From Candidatus Sulfotelmatobacter sp. (GTDB lineage: Bacteria; Acidobacteriota; Terriglobia; Acidiferrales; UBA7541): 64,000 bases of DNA. The position numbers were made by a program, and so were the translations under genes. The stretch's first letter is position 1, and each line of letters opens with the position of its first letter. Below the pieces are notes generated by a model. It saw only the letters and a program-made list of their open reading frames with translations, did no database searches and had not been told where the DNA came from. The DNA is taken from assembly GCA_035487095.1 (NCBI GenBank), contig DATHMM010000063.1:42769-106768 (forward strand), in the 5' to 3' direction. Positions 58,214 to 64,000 of the stretch are shown here, piece by piece.

Positions 58214-60145
58214 TCAATGGCTGAAACCGATGCGGCGCACAAGCTCCTGGAATCGCGGATCGGGTCGGAGGGGATCGAACCCCGGTCGCAGGAGGACACC
58301 CGGATTAAATCGTTCTTCGTAGCCTTTTTGGAGCCAGGTCATTGCCTGGTTCTTGTCACCGAGCGCCGCATAGACCACGGCAATTTCCGAGGCATGAGAA
58401 TAGCCTGGGCTCGAGCGTTTCTTCAGGTCGGCCAGCAGCTTTGCCGCTTCGCTCTTTTTGCCGGATGCGGCATAGGCACGGGCAAGATTAGCCAAGCATG
58501 TCGGGCTTCCCGCGGAAAGTTGCACCGCCTTCTGCAGTTCCGTGATCGCCTCATCGCGCATCTCTTTTTGGAGGTACGCCTGTCCCAGTTGGTTATGCGC
58601 GAGAGCAAAATTAGGATCCATCTCGATCGTCTTGCGGCTCTGGCGTATCGATTCGTCATAAGAACGCGCAAGGAGCAGCAGCTCCGCCAGGTCGGCGTTG
58701 ATGATAAGCGAAAGCGGATCCAGGTTTTCCGCTTTTTCCATTTCCAAGATTGCCTCGTCATACCGACCCAAAAGACTCAAATGCCATGCATACCAATGAT
58801 GTGCGGTCGCGTAGCCCGGGTTCAGTTCAATCGCCCGCTGAAATTCCTTTTCGGCAGCGGGAAAATCCCAGTCGAATCCGTCCAGGCAGAAGGCCAAAGA
58901 GTTGTGCGCTTCGCCGAGCGTGCTGTCCAATTCCAGAGCTTTGATCGCCGCGGCTTTTGCTTTGGGGAGGGCCTCCTTGGGCGTCATCACCCCATACTGC
59001 CAGTCTCCCAGCAACGCATACGTATCTGCCAAGCCGGAATAAGATTGGGCGTATTTGGGATCCTGTTCGATGGCCTGAGTGAAATAGGCCAAAGCAACTT
59101 TCAAACCTTCCGACGTTCGCTTATTCCAGAAATAGCGTCCCTTGAGATAGGACTCATAAGCTTCTGGATTCACAACCCGCACACTTTTCAGTGCAGCCTG
59201 TTCCTGTGCATTCAAATTGATCCGGATTTGATCGGCAATTGCTCTAGCCACTTGGTTCTGAAGCGCCAGGGTGTCCCGCAGTTGACCCTCATAGCTCTGG
59301 GACCATAAGTGCTTGTCAGTCGCGGCTTCGATCAGCTGCGCCGTAATCCGAACCTGGTCTCCGGAACGAAGCACTGTCCCTTCTATCACGGCGTCCACGC
59401 CCAACTCGCGAGCGATCTCCGGCAGTGGCTTACGCGCACGCTTATACGCCATCACGGAGGTGCGCGATATCACGCGCAACGCCCTGATCTGGCCGAGATC
59501 CGAAATCAACTCGTCCGTCATGCCATCCGCGAAGTAATCCTGGGACGCATCGCTCGAGAGGCTCTCCAGCGGAAGGACGGCCAGAGAGCGAATGAGAGGA
59601 GCCGGATGTTTCCAGGAATAAAGTTTCCAAGTGGCGAGAGATACCGCCACCAGAAGCAGTGCCACGATCGCGGTGATCTTCCACGGGATGGAAGGCGCGA
59701 CAGATTTGGGCGTTGTGGGTTTGCCGGCCGGATCCGGGCGCACAGTAGCATCTTTGCTGGGATTAAGCTGAGTGGCGAGTTCCGGACTGTGAACCGGGCC
59801 TGCATCCCCAGCTCTGACCTCCGCGAGGAAGCGATAGCCGCGACGAGAGACAGTTTCAACGAAGCGGGGACTTTCGGCGGAGTCCCCCAAGGCCTCGCGA
59901 ATTTTATTGATCGTCTTGTTGAGCCCGTGGTCGAAATCCACGAAAGTGTCCGCGGGCCAGAGTTTTTTCTGGAGTTCCTCGCGGGTCACGACCTCGCCGG
60001 GATGTTTAAGCAGCGTCGCGAGGACCTGGAAGGGTTGTTCCTGAAGGCGGACCCGCAGGCCGTGCTTGCGCAATTCCCCAGCGCGAAGATCCAGTTCGAA
60101 CACCCCAAAACGAAGCCGCCCGCGATCCTGATGTTCTTCTTCCAT
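58214..60145 (-). CDS. CadC-like wHTH - TM - TolB-like - TPR transcriptional regulator
   Basis: RFGVFELD...GELRK.G..V.LQEQPF, VVTREEL...LW, IETV.RRGYRF-type motif; SLAVLP; DGMTDELI; multiple TPRs. Confidence 0.9.
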   Translation of the reverse strand: MEEEHQDRGRLRFGVFELDLRAGELRKHGLRVRLQEQPFQVLATLLKHPGEVVTREELQKKLWPADTFVDFDHGLNKTINKIREALGDSAESPRFVETVSRRGYRFLAEVRAGDAGPVHSPELATQLNPSKDATVRPDPAGKPTTPKSVAPSIPWKITAIVALLLVAVSLATWKLYSWKHPAPLIRSLAVLPLESLSSDASQDYFADGMTDELISDLGQIRALRVISRTSVMAYKRARKPLPEIARELGVDAVIEGTVLRSGDQVRITAQLIEAATDKHLWSQSYEGQLRDTLALQNQVARAIADQIRINLNAQEQAALKSVRVVNPEAYESYLKGRYFWNKRTSEGLKVALAYFTQAIEQDPKYAQSYSGLADTYALLGDWQYGVMTPKEALPKAKAAAIKALELDSTLGEAHNSLAFCLDGFDWDFPAAEKEFQRAIELNPGYATAHHWYAWHLSLLGRYDEAILEMEKAENLDPLSLIINADLAELLLLARSYDESIRQSRKTIEMDPNFALAHNQLGQAYLQKEMRDEAITELQKAVQLSAGSPTCLANLARAYAASGKKSEAAKLLADLKKRSSPGYSHASEIAVVYAALGDKNQAMTWLQKGYEERFNPGVLLRPGFDPLRPDPRFQELVRRIGFSH

Positions 60146-60419
60146 TTTGGATTACCGCACGCGCAGCGGAGTCTACCACCTTTATAGCTTCCGGGGACCT
60201 GGGGAAGGGACAACTCGATCTAAGCACCGTGCCAACTGCAATTTAGCAGGGGACCCACTTTCCCGTGATGGAGGACTCCCTGTCCATTGTCATTTCCTTG
60301 GCGCCCGCTCAATCTCGCCCGCATGCACCGGCAGGATATTCACCGGCGTCGCCTCAACCTCTTTCAGAGGCAGAGTTTGCGGTTGCCCACGAGGTTCCGG
60401 GGCCATGTGGAGGCGATTT

Positions 60420-60584
60420 ATGGTTCAGGCAAGAGCAATCCGATGCAGTCAGTGCCAACAGCCCATTGCCCCTGGCGAAAGGTTCGTCAGCTTCAAGATT
60501 CCAGGGAAAGAATCCTACCAGTTCTTCCATTGCCGATTGCCGGCCCGAGACTGCTGGGAGGGCCACCTCAAGAGGGACAAGTGA
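60420..60584 (+). CDS. Small putative zinc-binding protein (54 aa, CxxC...H...C)
   Basis: GGAGG RBS 6 nt before ATG 60420; RCSQC..PI..G.RF ... FH.......CW. Confidence 0.6.
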   Translation: MVQARAIRCSQCQQPIAPGERFVSFKIPGKESYQFFHCRLPARDCWEGHLKRDK

Positions 60585-60708
60585 GGCTTCGCGTGCCCGG
60601 CACGTGTGTGTCGCAGCCTGCCAGCGATATCAATCGCACTATCCTTTCGAATTTCGATTGCCAGCAAGAATGGGAAATTGCGAGCAAGCCACTTTCCCGG
60701 AGGCGGCG

Positions 60709-61323
60709 ATGACAGCACAGAATTGGCCCGAGAGTTTTGAGCAGGCTGTCTTACCGCACCTTGACGCAGCTTATAATCTCGCGCGCTGGTTGACGCGCAA
60801 CGAGCAGGACGCTCAGGACGTTGTCCAGGAAGCGTATTTACGCGCTTTCCGGCACTTTCGCGACTTCCGTGGCGGCAATGCGCGCGCCTGGATCCTGAAA
60901 ATTGTCCGAAATACTTGCTATAGCTGGCTGACCGCTAACCGGCCCCTGCAAGACGCAACTGAATTTGACGAAAATCTCTTCGCTCCTGATTTTCGCTCTC
61001 TCAACCCGGAAGAAGTTGTACTCCAAAACAACAGCGGCACTGTGGTACGAGAGGCGCTGAAGAAGCTTCCGGCGAATTTTCGGGAAGTAATCGTTCTTCG
61101 CGAACTCGAAGGGTTGTCCTACCGGGAGATCGCGGATATCACCGGCATGCCGGCAGGCACTGTGATGTCGAGCTTATCGCGCGCAAGGGGCCGCCTCCGT
61201 AAAGTTCTGACAACTTCCATGAACGAAGGTCCGGTGCCAAGTTCGCGAGAATCACCAGTTATGAACACAGCAAAATACGGAACGAATCATCCGAATCCAC
61301 TCAAGACAACGGCTATATCTTAA
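60709..61323 (+). CDS. ECF sigma factor (ECF26-like), paralog 3, with no adjacent anti-sigma
   Basis: GGAGG RBS; LPHLDAAYNLARWL, AWILKIVRNTC, LRELEGLSYREIA; C-terminal extension about 25 aa beyond the paralogs. Confidence 0.9.
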   Translation: MTAQNWPESFEQAVLPHLDAAYNLARWLTRNEQDAQDVVQEAYLRAFRHFRDFRGGNARAWILKIVRNTCYSWLTANRPLQDATEFDENLFAPDFRSLNPEEVVLQNNSGTVVREALKKLPANFREVIVLRELEGLSYREIADITGMPAGTVMSSLSRARGRLRKVLTTSMNEGPVPSSRESPVMNTAKYGTNHPNPLKTTAIS

Positions 61324-61402
61324 CGACTGAAATACTCACAATCTTATTCCCGCTGCTAAAACCATGCAGCATTGGGGAATTATTGAAGGCCGCGCGTAGT
61401 CT
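61324..61402. promoter_or_regulatory. Divergent pair of ECF-type promoters (- strand 61324-61350; + strand 61376-61402)
   Basis: Minus: GGAATAAgattgtgagtatttcaGTCG. Plus: GGAATtattgaaggccgcgcgtaGTCT. Both are GAAT-N18-GTC. Confidence 0.5.
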
Positions 61403-61467
61403 TGCACGGTGTAGACAATGAAATATCGCGCAATTCAAATCCGCTTTTAACCCTGAGGAAGAAGGTC

Positions 61468-62244
61468 ATGCCAGTTACCGCAAATGCCCTACACGCAAAC
61501 TTAGCAATTGGATCCATGGCAAAGCCTGCGGTTGGGAAGCGGCGTTGCCTGGGTTGGGACGCGCGGCGTGGCACGAAATGCCTCTCGAAGGAGGCCGTGC
61601 CGCAACTTTCTTCCCCCGCCTGCGATAAAGAAAACGAGACGGGCATCATTCAGCGAGCTGCCGAGGGCGATCCGGCCGCGTTTGAATGCCTCTACCGGTC
61701 GCATTGCAAGCGAGTGTATGCAATATGCCTTCGCATGCTCGGAAATACGGCTGATGCGGAAGATCTCACTCAAGAGGCCTTCCTGCTGTTGTTTCGCAAA
61801 ATTAAAACGTTTCGTGGGGAATCGGCATTTTCCACATGGCTGCACAGGTTGGTGATCAACACGGTGCTGATGCACCTGCGCAAGAAGTCTTTAGCTATAA
61901 CCTCGATGGAAGCGGGTCCCTCTCCGGATGGTGAAACCGCCCCGTCGAGCGTCGAAATCGCCGCTTCCGACTTGTTACTGGAGGGGTCGATTGACCGAAT
62001 CAATCTCAGCCGCTGCGTCGCGCAGTTGTCAGCAGGCTCGCGCGCAATATTTGTCCTGCACGATATCCGGGGGTACCAACATCGGGAAATCGCGAAAATG
62101 ATGGGACGCTCGGAAGGCGTCTCGAAGTCGCAGTTGCACAGGGCTCGAAAGCGGCTGCGCGAATTGCTGCATGAAATTCAGCGGGAAAAGTATCGCGAAA
62201 AGCGCGTGGCTGCCCAGAAGACACTCTGTACGGATGAGCGCTAG
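61468..62244 (+). CDS. ECF sigma factor (RpoE/SigW-like, a different group from paralogs 1-3)
   Basis: GD..AFE.LY, AEDLTQEAFL, FRGESAFSTWLHR, LHD..GY.H.EIA, SKSQLHRAR. Start is approximate. Confidence 0.88.
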   Translation: MPVTANALHANLAIGSMAKPAVGKRRCLGWDARRGTKCLSKEAVPQLSSPACDKENETGIIQRAAEGDPAAFECLYRSHCKRVYAICLRMLGNTADAEDLTQEAFLLLFRKIKTFRGESAFSTWLHRLVINTVLMHLRKKSLAITSMEAGPSPDGETAPSSVEIAASDLLLEGSIDRINLSRCVAQLSAGSRAIFVLHDIRGYQHREIAKMMGRSEGVSKSQLHRARKRLRELLHEIQREKYREKRVAAQKTLCTDER

Positions 62245-62448
62245 GTTCGAGATTGGCGGAGAGGGGAAGCAGCCAATCGGCCTTGTGCGGTGCAGCACAA
62301 GGCCTTTAAGCCAATGATTCGGGGGGAATGCTTCTCCCTGGTCCCCGCCTACGCCAAAGCCCTGTCTCAATGACTCCGCTGGAGGTTCTCAGGAATTGGG
62401 AACTAACAAGTAGAAAACCAGATTTATTAACTGAATCAAAGTATTCAG

Positions 62449-62475
62449 GGAATATTTTCTTCGATCCCGTGGTTA
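62449..62475 (+). promoter_or_regulatory. ECF-type promoter GAAT-N18-GTTA (haloperoxidase)
   Basis: GGAATAttttcttcgatcccgtgGTTA, about 80 nt upstream of ATG 62557. Confidence 0.5.
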
Positions 62476-62556
62476 GGCAATGGTGAGAGGCCGCGCCGTG
62501 GCTTTGCCACTCCTCCCAAGAAACGTCGACGCCATCGCCATGGGAGAAACTTTTCA

Positions 62557-63888
62557 ATGTTAAACCGTTATCTTCAGCTAGCCCTGCTAGGCGCCAGCCT
62601 TTTGGTGCAAACTTCAGGCTCATATAGCGCCTCGGCAAACGCCAAGGATCCGAAGCCGCAAGACTCCTCGTCTCAACAAGTCAACCAGGTTATTCAATGG
62701 AATAGAACGCTTCTGGTGATTGTCCGCACGCCCGGAGCGCAATCACCCACGGTTCATCCGACCCGCAGCTTTGCGATCATGCACGCGGCGATTTATGACG
62801 CTGTTAACGCGATCGATGGGAAACACCGGCCATACCTTGTGCGCCTTACCAGCGTGCCGCGGGATGCTTCCCAAGAGGCAGCGACTGTGGCTGCGGCGCA
62901 CGAAGTTCTTGTCGCACTGTATCCGACGTTCAAGACCACGCTCGACACTCAACTGCAGCAATCGCTGGCGCAGATTCCCGATGGGAACGGCAAGGCGGAA
63001 GGCGTCCTGATTGGACAAGACGTCGCGGATCGCATTCTGGCTGCGCGAAGCAACGACGGCTCGAACGCCCCGCCGATCCCGTATGTTTTTGGGACTGCCC
63101 CGGGCGACTACCAGTCGACGCCTCCGAATTTTGCTCCTCAGCCGCAATTCACGAATTGGTCGCACGTGACGCCGTTTGCGCTGGAGCGCGCCAACCAGTT
63201 TCGGCCCGGCCCTCCCCCTGCGCTGACGAGCGATGCGTATAGCGATGCATTCAACCAGATCAAATCCCTTGGAATCGCCAACAGCACGACCGCGACGGCC
63301 GATGAGGCGTTGACCGGGCGCTTCTGGAACGGCGCCATTCAAAACTATTGGAACGAGATCGCGCAAACGCTGTCGCTGGCGCGCGGCTTGACGACCGCGC
63401 AAAATGCCCGGTTGTTTGCCCTTCTTAACTTAAGTTTGGCCGATGACGTGATCGCCTTTTATGACGCCAAATACACCTACAATTTCTGGCGTCCGGTGAC
63501 CGCCATTCGGGCTGCCGATCCCGGAATCAATCCTGAAACCGTTGCTGATCCGAATTGGCTCCCGGAAGTCGGCAAAACCACTCCCGACCCATCGTATCCA
63601 GGAGCCCATGGCGTCATAAGCGCCTCCGCTGCAGAAGTGCTGATTTCGTTTTTCGACAGGGATCGCGCCGATTTCAATGTCACGTCGGAGGTTCTCCCGG
63701 GAGTCGAACGTTCCTTCACGAGTATCTCCGCTGCAGCCGAAGAAGCGACGCTGAGCCGCATCTTCGGGGGACAACATTTCCGCACAGACTTGACCACCGG
63801 CCAACGCCTGGGCCGCGAAGTAGCCGACTTTATCTTGGACCACTTTCTGATTTCCTGGCAGCGGAAGGACGACTCCGACGACAAGTAA
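62557..63888 (+). CDS. Vanadium-dependent haloperoxidase / PAP2 superfamily protein, secreted
   Basis: Signal peptide; AI.HAAIYDAVN; K(YTYNFW)RP; PSYPGAH; SRIFGGQHF. Confidence 0.85.
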   Translation: MLNRYLQLALLGASLLVQTSGSYSASANAKDPKPQDSSSQQVNQVIQWNRTLLVIVRTPGAQSPTVHPTRSFAIMHAAIYDAVNAIDGKHRPYLVRLTSVPRDASQEAATVAAAHEVLVALYPTFKTTLDTQLQQSLAQIPDGNGKAEGVLIGQDVADRILAARSNDGSNAPPIPYVFGTAPGDYQSTPPNFAPQPQFTNWSHVTPFALERANQFRPGPPPALTSDAYSDAFNQIKSLGIANSTTATADEALTGRFWNGAIQNYWNEIAQTLSLARGLTTAQNARLFALLNLSLADDVIAFYDAKYTYNFWRPVTAIRAADPGINPETVADPNWLPEVGKTTPDPSYPGAHGVISASAAEVLISFFDRDRADFNVTSEVLPGVERSFTSISAAAEEATLSRIFGGQHFRTDLTTGQRLGREVADFILDHFLISWQRKDDSDDK

Positions 63889-64000
63889 ATTGGAAACATC
63901 GATGCGCGCCCATTTCTGAAGCGCCTCCACTATTCAGCGGCGCATTTGAACTGGGTCGGAAGGGAGGTTAGGCACGGAGATTGATGCTGCAAGATTTGTT

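Noticed and set aside
58217-60187. 363-aa and 292-aa plus-strand ORFs
   Set aside because: Antisense to the wHTH-TPR regulator.
60265-60708. 148-aa N-terminal extension of sigma 3 in the ORF track
   Set aside because: A strong RBS precedes ATG 60709, and the region holds a better-supported small ORF in another frame.
1-64000. tRNA, rRNA, CRISPR arrays, transposases, integrases, phage or defence genes
   Set aside because: None was recognised by eye or in the ORF track.

Overview
A gene-dense bacterial window, very likely Acidobacteriota (Terriglobia-like). This rests on its gene families: two Oar-like TonB-dependent receptors with carboxypeptidase-regulatory N-domains, a VWFA-related protein, YXWGXW and PEP-CTERM proteins, a wHTH-TolB-TPR regulator and a kinase-FGE-hydrolase fusion. 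I saw no rRNA, tRNA, CRISPR array or transposase. Main blocks: (i) secreted and signalling accessory genes (1-12.6 kb); (ii) a redox/damage island with a MOSC-FNR-ferredoxin fusion, MPG glycosylase, DoxX, SnoaL and AKR (12.9-18.5 kb); (iii) an ECF sigma/anti-sigma pair with a divergent Tat metallophosphoesterase (25-29 kb); (iv) a c-di-GMP mini-operon, a PEP-CTERM gene and msrBA (30-34 kb); (v) two adjacent carbohydrate-uptake loci, one a GntR/NagB/Glk/AmpG/NagZ amino-sugar locus with TBDR, the other a membrane-anchored wHTH-malectin sensor divergent from TBDR plus GH2 beta-glucuronidase (34-54 kb); (vi) a cluster of three more ECF sigmas ending in a vanadium haloperoxidase-like gene (54-64 kb). 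The strongest signals not explained by the gene list are a repeated ECF promoter motif GAAT-N18-GT(C/T), present as three divergent pairs plus one single site and suggesting a multi-sigma regulon or cascade; four phased GntR-type operator boxes; a two-copy inverted-repeat element; and a probable 1-nt frameshift in a lipoprotein gene. All protein assignments come from motif recognition by eye, not from database searches.
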